From an uncultured bacterium (GTDB lineage Bacteria > Patescibacteriota > Minisyncoccia > UBA6257 > 2-01-FULL-56-20): a DNA stretch of 64,000 nt. The position numbers were made by a program, and so were the translations under genes. The stretch is taken from contig OY970382.1 in the NCBI GenBank assembly GCA_963719425.1, positions 135,888-199,887 on the forward strand, written 5' to 3'. The notes under the pieces were generated by a model that saw only the letters and a program-made list of their open reading frames with translations, did no database searches and had not been told where the DNA came from. Below are positions 25,974 to 35,508 of the stretch, piece after piece (positions within the stretch are counted from its first letter, which is position 1; the number at the start of each line of letters is the position of its first letter).

Positions 25974-27377
25974 ATGAGAATCGCGGTTTCTGACATAGTG
26001 CAACACGAGGGGAAGGAAGTAGAGCTTTATGGGTGGGTGCATGCGCGGCGCGACCATGGGAAGCTCGTGTTTATTGACCTCCGCGACCGGAGCGGTTTGG
26101 CGCAGGTGGTCTTAGGGCCGGCGATTAAAAACGCTTCCGATCTTCGCCTGGAATACGTGGTTCGCGTAAAAGGCGAGGTCAAAAAGCGCCCGCCCGCGAT
26201 GGTAAACGAGAAACTACCGACGGGCCATTATGAAGTAAGCGCGAGCGAATTGGCCGTTTTGAGTCCTGCGGAACCGCTGCCGTTCCCGATAGATGATGCG
26301 GGATATGAGATCAACGAAGAAATTCGTTTGAAGTACCGCTATCTGGACCTGCGGCGCGAGCGGATGCAGCGCAACCTGAAGCTGCAACACGAGATGTTCC
26401 AGTTCATCCGCCGGTATCTCACGGAAAAGGGTTTTTGGGAGATTGAAACGCCGATTCTGACCAAGTCCACGCCGGAGGGAGCACGGGATTTTTTGGTCCC
26501 GTCGCGCCTCCAACATGGGAAGTTTTACGCTCTGCCGCAGTCGCCCCAGCAGTACAAGCAGTTTTTGATGGTGGCGGGCGTGGAAAAGTATTTCCAGATA
26601 GCCCGCTGTTTCCGCGACGAGGATCCGAGAGCGGATCGCGCATACGGAGAATTCACGCAGCTGGATTTGGAAATGTCATTTGTCGCTCAAGAAGATATCT
26701 TGCACTTGGCCGAAGATCTTTTTACGCGGCTCGTGCAGGCGACATTCCCGGAGAAGAAGATCGCGCAGTCCCCGTGGCCGCGCCTTTCCCATAGGGAAGC
26801 CAGGGCACGATACGGCACCGACAAACCGGATCTGAGGAAGGATAAAACCAATCCCGACGAACTGGCGTTCGCGTGGGTGATCGACTTCCCGCTTTTCACG
26901 GAACAGACCAAAGAGGATTTTTTCCATGGTTCCGGCAGTGCGAAATTCGCGCCGTCCCACCACATGTTCACCGCGCCGCACCCGGACGATATTTCCCTTT
27001 TGGATACCGATCCGACGAAAGTCCGCGGCTTGCAGCATGATATGGTATTGAACGGTTTTGAAGTAGGCGGCGGCAGCGTTCGTATTCACCAAAGAGATAT
27101 CCAGGAAAAAGTATTTGACCTGATTGGGTTCAGCCGCGAGCAGAAGGAACAGTTTGATTATTTTTTGAACGCGTTCACGTACGGCGTGCCTCCGCACGGC
27201 GGCATCGCGCCGGGACTGGACCGCTTCCTCTACGCCGCGCTTGGGGAAAGGAGCGTCCGCGAGGTAATCGCCTTCCCGGCGAGCTCCGGCGGGCAGGCCG
27301 CCGTCGTGACCGCGCCCTCCGCGGTAGACACGAAGCAGCTTGATGAATTAGGATTGGAAATTAAGAAAAAGAAATGA
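25974..27377 (+). CDS. aspS: Aspartate--tRNA ligase (short, GAD-less, probably non-discriminating)
   Basis: Motifs RRDHGKLVFIDLRD, GARDF, LPQSPQ, CFRDED and PPHGGIAPGLDR. Confidence 0.95.
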   Translation: MRIAVSDIVQHEGKEVELYGWVHARRDHGKLVFIDLRDRSGLAQVVLGPAIKNASDLRLEYVVRVKGEVKKRPPAMVNEKLPTGHYEVSASELAVLSPAEPLPFPIDDAGYEINEEIRLKYRYLDLRRERMQRNLKLQHEMFQFIRRYLTEKGFWEIETPILTKSTPEGARDFLVPSRLQHGKFYALPQSPQQYKQFLMVAGVEKYFQIARCFRDEDPRADRAYGEFTQLDLEMSFVAQEDILHLAEDLFTRLVQATFPEKKIAQSPWPRLSHREARARYGTDKPDLRKDKTNPDELAFAWVIDFPLFTEQTKEDFFHGSGSAKFAPSHHMFTAPHPDDISLLDTDPTKVRGLQHDMVLNGFEVGGGSVRIHQRDIQEKVFDLIGFSREQKEQFDYFLNAFTYGVPPHGGIAPGLDRFLYAALGERSVREVIAFPASSGGQAAVVTAPSAVDTKQLDELGLEIKKKK

Positions 27378-28444
27378 AAGATCTGACATTCCCCATTTTC
27401 AAGACCAAAGTGCAGGGCGTCGCAAAAAAATTCAACTTGAATGATCTGGATGAGCGCCGAGAATATTTTTCGCTGAAAGCGGGAAAGGAAATCGCGGCGA
27501 TAAGAAAATATCTTGAAAGCGGGAAAGCGTTCGTGGCATATCTTTTGGGGAAAAAGAATTCCGGAAAAGGAACCTATTCCAAGCTTTTCATGGAGGCGGT
27601 CGGCAACGCCCACGTCGGGCACGTGGCAGTAGGGGATATTGTCCGCGACGTGCACGCGGGACTTTCGGATCCGGCAAAGAAAAAAGACCTTTCCAAGTTC
27701 TTGGAAAAGCATTACCGCGGCTTTCACTCGTTGAAGGAAATAGACGGGCTGATTGAAGGGCGGAGCCAGTCCACGCTCGTATCCACCGAGCTCATCATCG
27801 CCCTTTTGAAATACGAAGTGAGCAAGCGGCCGCGCCAGGCGATCTTCATTGACGGATTCCCGCGCGGGCTGGACCAGGTCAATTACTCAATCTTTTTAAG
27901 AGAGCTTTTGGGGTATCATGGCGAGCCGGACTTCTTTGTGTTCATTGACGTTCCGAACACCGTCATTGACGAGCGCATCAAAACGCGCGTGGTGTGCCCC
28001 ATCTGCAAGGTTCCCCGCAATACGAAGCTCGCTCCCACGAAAGAGATCGGCTACGACGAAACAAAAAAGATGTTTTATCTGATGTGCGATACTCCGTCGT
28101 GCCACGGAGCGCGGATGTCGCCGAAGGAGGGCGACGAGCTCGGGATTGAGCCGCTCCGCGCCCGCCTCACGGCCGACGAGAAGATATTTCGGCAGCTTTT
28201 CACGCTCACCGGCGTTCCCAAGGTGTTGTTAAGGAACTCAGTGCCGGTGGACAAGGCGGCCGATTTTGTGGACGACTATGAGGTTACTCCCGTGTACGGA
28301 TACGAGAGAGATGAGAAAACGAAGAAGATAAAAATTATTGAGACCCCTTGGATCGTTGACGACGACGGGGTGCCTTCCTACAGTTTGTTACCCGCGCCCG
28401 TGGCGCTGTCTCTCATCAAACAGACCGCGAAGATCCTTGCGTGA
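27374..28444 (+). CDS. Adenylate kinase-like protein with Zn-LID
   Basis: GKKNSGKGT, IDGFPR, and CPIC...CDTPSC. Confidence 0.8.
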   Translation: MKDLTFPIFKTKVQGVAKKFNLNDLDERREYFSLKAGKEIAAIRKYLESGKAFVAYLLGKKNSGKGTYSKLFMEAVGNAHVGHVAVGDIVRDVHAGLSDPAKKKDLSKFLEKHYRGFHSLKEIDGLIEGRSQSTLVSTELIIALLKYEVSKRPRQAIFIDGFPRGLDQVNYSIFLRELLGYHGEPDFFVFIDVPNTVIDERIKTRVVCPICKVPRNTKLAPTKEIGYDETKKMFYLMCDTPSCHGARMSPKEGDELGIEPLRARLTADEKIFRQLFTLTGVPKVLLRNSVPVDKAADFVDDYEVTPVYGYERDEKTKKIKIIETPWIVDDDGVPSYSLLPAPVALSLIKQTAKILA

Positions 28445-28477
28445 ACGTGGACGAAAAAGTTTTTGATGCGCGATAGC

Positions 28478-28951
28478 ATGTGCGACACAACCCTTTGCTT
28501 GCCCATCACGAAAGATTCCATACTTCTCGGGATGAAAAAGCGCGGGTTCGGCGCCGGCCGTTGGAATGGCATTGGCGGAAAACCGGAGAAAGGGGAATCG
28601 ATTGAAATTGCCGCGGTACGGGAATTGGAAGAAGAGATCGGCCTGCGAGTTGCTCCGGGCGACCTCAAAAAGTGCGCGGTTTTGGATTTCTTTTTTGAGA
28701 ACAACCCCGACTGGGACAACCGGATGTATGTCTTTTTCGCGGAACACTGGGTGGGCGAACCGATTGAATCGGAGGAGATGCGGCCGCAGTGGTTCAAGTT
28801 CAACGAAATTCCGTTTGACCTCATGTGGCCGGACGACCGGCTTTGGCTGCCCGAGGTATTGCGGGGGAAATTAATTACGGGCAGATTTTATTTTGACAGC
28901 GAAGGGAATGCAATTACGAAATACGAAATCACAGAAGTGAGAAAAATATAA
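28478..28951 (+). CDS. 8-oxo-dGTP diphosphatase (MTH1/NUDT1-like Nudix)
   Basis: KKRGFGAGRWNGIGGK, RELEEE and MWPDD; start uncertain. Confidence 0.88.
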   Translation: MCDTTLCLPITKDSILLGMKKRGFGAGRWNGIGGKPEKGESIEIAAVRELEEEIGLRVAPGDLKKCAVLDFFFENNPDWDNRMYVFFAEHWVGEPIESEEMRPQWFKFNEIPFDLMWPDDRLWLPEVLRGKLITGRFYFDSEGNAITKYEITEVRKI

Positions 28952-29096
28952 AGGCGAAGCAGCAAAGAGGCGTCGTAATGTTTTCATGAGGGCATCTCGG
29001 AGCCACGGCGGCTTGAGGCAACCTTTAGGTTGCCCGCCGGGGCGAGCGACGCCGTCCCTCATGAAAACATTACGACGCCTCTTTGCGAAACGCCTT
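28951..29096. repeat. Long inverted repeat overlapping the prfA stop codon
   Basis: Perfect 31-bp arms at 28962-28992 and 29056-29086. Confidence 0.92.
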
Positions 29097-29801
29097 CACG
29101 ATCGGATCCATGTCGCCGTCCAAAATCTTTGGGATGTTGTGCCATTTTTTCCCGATGCGATGGTCGGTGATGCGATCATCGGGAAAATTATAGGTGCGGA
29201 TCTTTTCCGAGCGGTCTGCGCTGCCGATCTGTTCGCGGCGGAGATCGGTTACGGATCCTACCGTTCTGTGTTGTTCCATTTCGTATAGTTTCGCGCGGAG
29301 AATATCCATCGCCTTTTCGCGGTTCGCGTGCTGGGAGCGCTCCTCGCGCGAGGAAACAACAATGCCGGTCGGTTTATGGAGAATGCGCACGGCCGTTTCC
29401 ACCTTATTCACATTCTGCCCGCCCGGACCGCCGGCACGAGAGAACGTCGCTTCAATGTCGCCCGGTGCGATGTTCACCTCGCGCGCTTCCACAACTGGTA
29501 ATACGGCTACTGAAGCGGTGGAGGTGTGCACGCGCCCCGATTTTTCCGTTGCCGGGATTCGTTGCACGCGGTGCACGCCGGATTCGTTCCGAAGCGCCCC
29601 GTAGCATCCCGCGCCTTGCACTTCGGCCACGAGTGATTTAAATCCTTGGAGCGAGGTTGCGTTTGAGTCAAGCACGGAAAACACCCAGCCGCGCTTCGCC
29701 GCATAGCGCTGATACATGCGCGCGAGATCGCCCGCGAAAATGGCGGCTTCGTCGCCGCCCGCGCCAGCCCGTATTTCAAGGATGATCTTATCCGTTGTCA
29801 T
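29070..29801 (-). CDS. prfA: Peptide chain release factor 1, lacking N-terminal domain 1
   Basis: [17 protein letters not shown] (PxT), GGQ and RTYNFP; only 243 aa. Confidence 0.9.
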   Translation of the reverse strand: MTTDKIILEIRAGAGGDEAAIFAGDLARMYQRYAAKRGWVFSVLDSNATSLQGFKSLVAEVQGAGCYGALRNESGVHRVQRIPATEKSGRVHTSTASVAVLPVVEAREVNIAPGDIEATFSRAGGPGGQNVNKVETAVRILHKPTGIVVSSREERSQHANREKAMDILRAKLYEMEQHRTVGSVTDLRREQIGSADRSEKIRTYNFPDDRITDHRIGKKWHNIPKILDGDMDPIVKAFRKEAS

Positions 29802-29831
29802 TGTTTTGTATGATATAATAATAGTACATCA

Positions 29832-30221
29832 ATGGCAGAGCAACAATTCGTGCTGATCGTTGACGACGAGCCGGATTTCTGCGAGATTTTCAAAACCAAG
29901 CTTTCCGCGATGGGCTATCGCGTGGATACTGCGGAGAACGGACAAGCGGCGCTTCTTAAGATGGGAAAAGAAAAACCGGACCTCGTTCTTATGGATGTCA
30001 AAATGCCGGTGATGGACGGCGCGACGGCGGTGCTCAAGATGAAAGAAAATCCGGCGTTGAAAGACGTCAAAGTGGCGTTTCTTACGAGCTTGGGCGACCC
30101 GCGCTTGGACATGCAGGACATCAATAAGAAGTTCTCCGAAGAATTCGGCGCGCAGGGGTATTTTAAAAAAACCGATGACCTTGACGTACTTGCGGAAAAG
30201 ATAAAAGCGCTTCTTCCATGA
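29832..30221 (+). CDS. Single-domain response regulator
   Basis: LIVDDE and LVLMDVKMPVMDG. Confidence 0.9.
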   Translation: MAEQQFVLIVDDEPDFCEIFKTKLSAMGYRVDTAENGQAALLKMGKEKPDLVLMDVKMPVMDGATAVLKMKENPALKDVKVAFLTSLGDPRLDMQDINKKFSEEFGAQGYFKKTDDLDVLAEKIKALLP

Positions 30222-30616
30222 GGGAAAGACCGCTTGTCCTCATCGTTGATGACGAGCACGATCTTCTTGAAATCATGTCCGTGAAGCTCGGGGCATCCGG
30301 CTTTGATCCCGTGGTGGCCTACAATGCCAAAGAGGGAGTTGATGCCGCAACGAAATTGCACCCCGATCTAATCCTTATGGACATCCGCATGCCCGGCGGG
30401 GAGACCGGCACCGATGCGGCGCTTGCAATCAAACAAAACCCGGAAACAAAAGACATAAAAATCGCCTTTCTGAGCAACTTAAAGGATCCGTGGCCCACGA
30501 CCCTAGGCGACCGCGACAAGCTCGCGAAGGCATTGGGAATGGAAGATTACATTGATAAGACCGCCGATTTGAACACGGTTGTGGCAAGGGTGCGGGAGGT
30601 GCTCGCGAAAAAGTAA
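30218..30616 (+). CDS. Single-domain response regulator
   Basis: LIVDDE and LILMDIRMP. Confidence 0.9.
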   Translation: MRERPLVLIVDDEHDLLEIMSVKLGASGFDPVVAYNAKEGVDAATKLHPDLILMDIRMPGGETGTDAALAIKQNPETKDIKIAFLSNLKDPWPTTLGDRDKLAKALGMEDYIDKTADLNTVVARVREVLAKK

Positions 30617-30696
30617 CCCCCACTGCAGAGCGAGGGGCTAAGCGTGCATTGCATTTCAATTTTTGAAAAGTCGGCGCCGCCTGGTATCATATAAGC

Positions 30697-31452
30697 ATGA
30701 GCGCCGATACTGACGAGCTTCGCAAGAAGCTTGAGGAGGACAATAAGAAGCTGAAGGACCTGAACCACTTCAAGACGCACCTTCTCGCGCTCACATCGCA
30801 TCAGATGAAGGCACCCCTCGGCATTATCCGCGGCTACACGGCGCTCCTGCGTGACGGCTATTATGGCGAGATGGACGAGCGCGCGCGGGAGGTCGTCGCA
30901 AAAATTGAGTTTGCGGCCGAAGACCTTGTGAACCTTGTGGATAATGTGATTGATCTGCGGAAGATTGAGGAGGGGAGAGTAGAATACCAGATGCAGAACA
31001 TTGATTTTGTAAAGCTTGCGCGACAGGCGGCGGAGGAACTGGGCCATCTTGCGTCAAGCAAAGGCCTGAATTTGGAATTCCATGCACCGCAAAAGGAGAT
31101 CGTGATATATGGCGACGAACAGAAGCTGCAGCATGTGATAAAAAATTTGGTTGACAACGCGGTGAAATACACCGAAAAAGGTTTTGTAAAAGTGAACGTG
31201 GGAGAGAAGGATGGCAATATCGTGCTTTCAGTCGCGGATTCCGGGATCGGCGTCCCGAAAGGCGTCCAGCCGTTTTTATTTGAAGAGTTCGTCCGCGACG
31301 AGCGCGTGAAGCGCGAGATCCGCGGCAGCGGCTTAGGCCTCCATGTGGCAAAAATGTTCGTGGAGGCGCACGACGGGAAAATTTCGGTGTCATCCGAGGG
31401 TGAGGGCAAGGGCTCGGTATTCTCGTTCAGTATTCCGAAGGTAAGAAAATAG
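30697..31452 (+). CDS. Soluble histidine kinase (HisKA + HATPase only)
   Basis: SHQMKAPL, NLVDNAVKYT, DSGIG and GSGLGL. Confidence 0.9.
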   Translation: MSADTDELRKKLEEDNKKLKDLNHFKTHLLALTSHQMKAPLGIIRGYTALLRDGYYGEMDERAREVVAKIEFAAEDLVNLVDNVIDLRKIEEGRVEYQMQNIDFVKLARQAAEELGHLASSKGLNLEFHAPQKEIVIYGDEQKLQHVIKNLVDNAVKYTEKGFVKVNVGEKDGNIVLSVADSGIGVPKGVQPFLFEEFVRDERVKREIRGSGLGLHVAKMFVEAHDGKISVSSEGEGKGSVFSFSIPKVRK

Positions 31453-31467
31453 GAAATTTTGAAAAAG

Positions 31468-31499
31468 CGAAAGGGGCAAGCGCGAGCCTGCCCCCTTTG
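31468..31499. terminator. Terminator between convergent genes
   Basis: AAAGGGGCAAGC-GCGA-GCCTGCCCCCTTT. Confidence 0.6.
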
Positions 31500-31553
31500 A
31501 TTCCTGGCAGCCGACGGGAGTGCGGGGATCCCCGTCGGGAAAAAGAACAATTG

Positions 31554-32666
31554 TCACGGGCACGAGGGGGCGCCCGTGACGTCAAAGGTAACCGTTCCCC
31601 ACTTTTCATCCAGTGAGGTTAGCGATCCACCCGTAACTTTTACATGGGTTGCGAACAGCCCGTGCTCAAGGTGTACCGAGATCGGGGGTGGGATGCATGC
31701 CTTGTGCTGTGCCCTCCTCGAGGTATTCTGCCGCGGTTTCGGTTCGGGTGGCGCGGGTGGCGCGAGTAGTTGCACTTGGCCGCTAACCCTAACGTTGAGG
31801 GTAGCCTCGCCCTCGAGCACGTGGTGGATCACCCTTTCCGACGGCACTTGCGTCGAAGGTGGCGGCTGAACCTCGGCTTGCGGCGCTGGCTGAGGCGGAG
31901 GTGTTTGCGGAAGTGTTTCGGGAACTTTCTTCTCTGGTTCCGCCGTCGCCTGTTGTGGAGGAGCCGAGAAGGGTCCGTCGTCTAGTTCGATGATTAAGAA
32001 CTTGGGAAACTTCTCGGTCCAGGTTTTGTTTGTCCCGAAGCCCGTGCCGGCGGCACCAGCTACGCCGGCGTCTCCGGGAACACCGGCCCCGCTCCCACCA
32101 AGGCCTGCTGATCGGAGTTTCGTGATTGCCACCCTCTTCTGTGCTCCATAGAGGGCGACATGGCGGCTGTGCGTACTTCCTTTTGCCGCCGACAGTCCCG
32201 TTGCCAGCCAAACGAGGTCAGGCCAGCCCGCCGCGTCGGCATTCACTTGTATGGCGCCGACAACGTTCTGGGCCGACCACTGGTCACAGTTTACCCGTAC
32301 GGGGTCATCGTTGTACGGGACGACGCTGCTGTCAGCGACGATTGCCCGCACAACTCCTTTTTTCACTTTTCCGAGTGCCATGTTCCTGACTCTGTTCATC
32401 GAGAACACCTGGCATCCGCCGAGTGACTGCCAATCCTGGTCCGCGGGAGCGAAACCAGGGAAGATATTTGTTAACGACCCGGGCATCGCCGACGTGAACT
32501 GCCGGGGCGCGTTGGTGATGAAGGTGGGACTTGAGGTCACTTCCGCCTGCGCCCCCGCCGTCGCACTGGTGGTAGGGGGAGAGGATGGGTCTTGGGCCAG
32601 GCCAACCTTACTTGTGAGCACCAGCATGGCGATTAAGACCGCCAGCCGTATCTTCTTGAAGTTCAT
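31554..32666 (-). CDS. Secreted hypothetical protein with Pro-rich linkers
   Basis: Signal peptide MNFKKIRLAVLIAMLV...GLA/QD; strong AGGAGG SD. Confidence 0.75.
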   Translation of the reverse strand: MNFKKIRLAVLIAMLVLTSKVGLAQDPSSPPTTSATAGAQAEVTSSPTFITNAPRQFTSAMPGSLTNIFPGFAPADQDWQSLGGCQVFSMNRVRNMALGKVKKGVVRAIVADSSVVPYNDDPVRVNCDQWSAQNVVGAIQVNADAAGWPDLVWLATGLSAAKGSTHSRHVALYGAQKRVAITKLRSAGLGGSGAGVPGDAGVAGAAGTGFGTNKTWTEKFPKFLIIELDDGPFSAPPQQATAEPEKKVPETLPQTPPPQPAPQAEVQPPPSTQVPSERVIHHVLEGEATLNVRVSGQVQLLAPPAPPEPKPRQNTSRRAQHKACIPPPISVHLEHGLFATHVKVTGGSLTSLDEKWGTVTFDVTGAPSCP

Positions 32667-32746
32667 GGCGTACCTCCTCATTGTGGATTAGAGGGAGACG
32701 ACGGTTGTGGAGCCGTCGTCTCCTCTCCTCGTGCTCAGTTGAGTTC

Positions 32747-33439
32747 TTAGTGCTCTGGGTGTGTGCCGCCGCCTCCGCCACCACCACATCCACCGCCACC
32801 GCCGCATGGCGGCGGAGCCGTTGGGTTTACAGTCGAGCTGGCGCAGGCTTGGGACGTTACCGTTGCGCTGGCGCTCGCGGACCCGTTGGGGTTCACGTTC
32901 GCCTGCGATGTCCCGGTGGTGACCATGGTCGCTTGCGCGGCCACGGTGCCCCCGTTCGTCGTTGCGGTGTATCCGTTAAGGTTCGCGGAGCCGCCGGATG
33001 CAGCTCCGGCACAGTTGCCGGTGGTGCAATCGCCGACATTGGCGACGCTCGCCCCGCCGACATTGCCTCCGAGAACGATGTTGCCTTGGCCGTTAGGGCC
33101 GACGTTAAGCGTAGCAGCGGCGTTCCCGGTGCTTTTATAGCCCGCAGTGCTGCTTGTCGAATTGCCGTTCGAGAACGCCGTGGTCTTTCCGGCAACGCTC
33201 CCGCTGCCGAGAAGACCCGCGTTCGGATCGCTGGACGATCCGCTGAACGACAGACTGCTCATAGTCACACCGGCCGCGCCGTTCGTGTTGTTGCCAGTGG
33301 CCGTGCCAGCCGACTGGGTTGCACTGCCCGTGATGCTCACGGGTGCGGGCGTGGGGGTTGGGTTGGACTGGGCGATGGTCATGACCGTTCCGAGTAGGAA
33401 CGCGACCAATGCAAAAAGCACTACCAATTTTTTCGTCAT
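32747..33439 (-). CDS. Secreted low-complexity Gly/Ala/Ser/Thr/Asn-rich protein
   Basis: Signal peptide MTKKLVVLFALVAFLL...IA/QS; GGAGG SD; C-terminal PPPCGGGGGCGGGGGGG. Confidence 0.75.
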   Translation of the reverse strand: MTKKLVVLFALVAFLLGTVMTIAQSNPTPTPAPVSITGSATQSAGTATGNNTNGAAGVTMSSLSFSGSSSDPNAGLLGSGSVAGKTTAFSNGNSTSSTAGYKSTGNAAATLNVGPNGQGNIVLGGNVGGASVANVGDCTTGNCAGAASGGSANLNGYTATTNGGTVAAQATMVTTGTSQANVNPNGSASASATVTSQACASSTVNPTAPPPCGGGGGCGGGGGGGTHPEH

Positions 33440-33448
33440 GTTCACAGT

Positions 33449-33570
33449 CCTCCGAAATTCAACGAATATGCGGTTGTCAAAGATCGACTATTACCCGCAC
33501 GCGGTAAAGCTTCCCATGAAAGGGTGCTTATCCGCGCCGCAAATATAACACACCCGCCACAATTATGCAA
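33449..33570 (-). promoter_or_regulatory. Promoter, hairpin, boxA-like element and SD leader
   Basis: TTGCAT-17-TATATT (33570-33542), GATCTTTGACAAC (33485-33473), GGAGG. Confidence 0.55.
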
Positions 33571-33613
33571 GGGCCTGGTGCAAGGGGATGTTTTGTTTGC
33601 CAACCGCCGGTTT

Positions 33614-33862
33614 CTATCGTGTTTTCTTGGTCCGCACCTTCTTCAATTTCGGTTCGTGAACCGCCTTTGCGCGGCGCGTCTTGAACTTCTCCACGCGGCC
33701 AGCGGTGTCTATCAATTTCTCTTCGCCCGTGTAGAACGGATGGCAATGGGAACAGATCTCAACTTTGATTTCTGCCTTCGTGGCGCCCACGGTGAACTTG
33801 TTGCCGCATGCGCAGACGACGCGAGCTTTGGGGAAATAAACTGGGTGGATATCCTTTTTCAT
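33614..33862 (-). CDS. rpmE: 50S ribosomal protein L31
   Basis: MKKDIHP...CACG...[10 protein letters not shown]...GRVEKF. Confidence 0.95.
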   Translation of the reverse strand: MKKDIHPVYFPKARVVCACGNKFTVGATKAEIKVEICSHCHPFYTGEEKLIDTAGRVEKFKTRRAKAVHEPKLKKVRTKKTR

Positions 33863-33975
33863 ACTTGCGTATGGTAGCACGGCCGCAGGGTTTTCGTCAA
33901 TTGAAAAGATATAATAAAAATCGAGACATCTTTTCAAATTCCGTGAAATCTGCTAGGTTGTGAGTACGAAGCGCC

Positions 33976-34047
33976 GCCGGAGTAGCTCAATGGCAGAGCA
34001 ATGCTTTCGTAAAGCAGAGGTTGGAGGTTCGACTCCTCTCTCCGGCT
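33976..34047 (+). tRNA. tRNA-Thr(CGT)
   Basis: GCCGGAG/CTCCGGC acceptor stem, TTCGTAA anticodon loop, GGTTCGACTCC. Confidence 0.92.
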
Positions 34048-34074
34048 CAGGGAAACAAATCAAGAATCAAGATT

Positions 34075-34464
34075 ATGCCGAAGAAATTTGTCGATGTCTA
34101 TCACGATCCCGAGAAGCCGCCTCCGGAAGACCCGACCGATCCCGGGCTGCAGGAACCGGACCGGCCGATGCGGATAAAAAAGGGCGTACCCGCTGAACTC
34201 TGGAAGAAAATTAAAGCTGGGACGGAAAGCAAAGAGTTGGACTACCGTCTTTGCCCCCATCCAGATTGCGGGGAAAAAGCCGAGCACATACACGTAATAG
34301 ACGATCCCAAGCTCGGATTCGGCTGGATGTATGAGCACGGAAACCACAGATGGTTCCAGCACTATATTAAAATGGGGACCGAGGTGGAATATCGCATAGA
34401 AGACCCCGATGCGAGCGGGAACCTGCCTTTTGAGGAACAACATGAGGGAAATACAAAATCTTAA
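34075..34464 (+). CDS. Hypothetical protein (CPHPDC and His residues, possible metal site)
   Basis: ORF between tRNA-Thr and prfB, overlapping the prfB start. Confidence 0.55.
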   Translation: MPKKFVDVYHDPEKPPPEDPTDPGLQEPDRPMRIKKGVPAELWKKIKAGTESKELDYRLCPHPDCGEKAEHIHVIDDPKLGFGWMYEHGNHRWFQHYIKMGTEVEYRIEDPDASGNLPFEEQHEGNTKS

Positions 34465-35486
34465 CGAGCTTGCGACCGATGCCCGCCGGTTAGGCGGGCG
34501 GCTTTGACCTGGCCGCAAAGGAAAAGAGAATAAAAGAATTGGAAGCCGAGATGGCCGACGAGGCGTTTTGGAAGAATCGCGCGGCGGCGGACGAAGCAAT
34601 CAAGGAACTTGGGACTTTGAACAATCTCGTCACGCAGTATCGCGACATTGAGAGCGGCATTGCGGCGCTTACGGCCGCGGCGGGGACGAAAAATTTTGAC
34701 GAAGGAAAATTTTACGAGCTCAAGCGGCAGTTCAAGGATTTTGAGCTGAAACAACTTTTCACCGGCCGCTATGATATGCAGGCGGCGGTGCTTTCGGTAT
34801 ATCCCGGCGCGGGCGGCGAGGACGCGGAGGACTGGGCGCGGATGCTCGGCGTCATGTACGAAAATTACGCGAAGCGGCGGGGATGGAAGCTGCGCGTGAT
34901 TGACGACAACATCCGCTCGCGCACGGTGGAGATCCGCGGCGACTATGCGTACGGTTATTTAAAAAAGGAATCCGGCGTGCACCGGCTTGTGCGCATCTCG
35001 CCGTTCTCGCCGAAGAAATTGCGGCACACTTCGTTCGCGCTTGTGGAAGTAATTCCGGATTTGCCGCCGCTTGAAGAATCAAAACTCCAGATCCCGGAAA
35101 AAGACCTCAAATTTGAGTTTTACCGCTCGGGCGGTCCCGGCGGGCAGAACGTGAACAAGGTGGAAACGGCCGTGCGCGTGGTGCACTTGCCAACCGGCTT
35201 GGCGGTGAGTTCTCAGGCGCAGCGCTCTCAGGCGCAGAACCGTGAGTATGCGCTCAAGCTCCTCAAAGCGAAACTTTTCAGCCTGATGGAGAAGGAAAAG
35301 GTGAGCGAGATCAGCGCGTTGCGCGTGAAAGTAAAACCGGAGTGGGGGAATCAGATCCGCTCGTACGTCCTTAATCCTTATCAATTGGTAAAAGACCACC
35401 GGACGGAGGCGGAAACCGCGAAGGTGGACAGCGTTTTGGCGGGCGACTTGGACCCGTTCATTGAAGCGGAACTTGAAATGTTGTAG
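34442..35486 (+). CDS. prfB: Peptide chain release factor 2 with programmed +1 frameshift
   Basis: MREIQN...GGRL then CTT-TGA-C at 34502-34508 with an upstream SD-like AGGCGG; SPF and GGQ motifs. Confidence 0.93.
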
Positions 35487-35508
35487 AATATGAATTAACG
35501 CAGATTTC

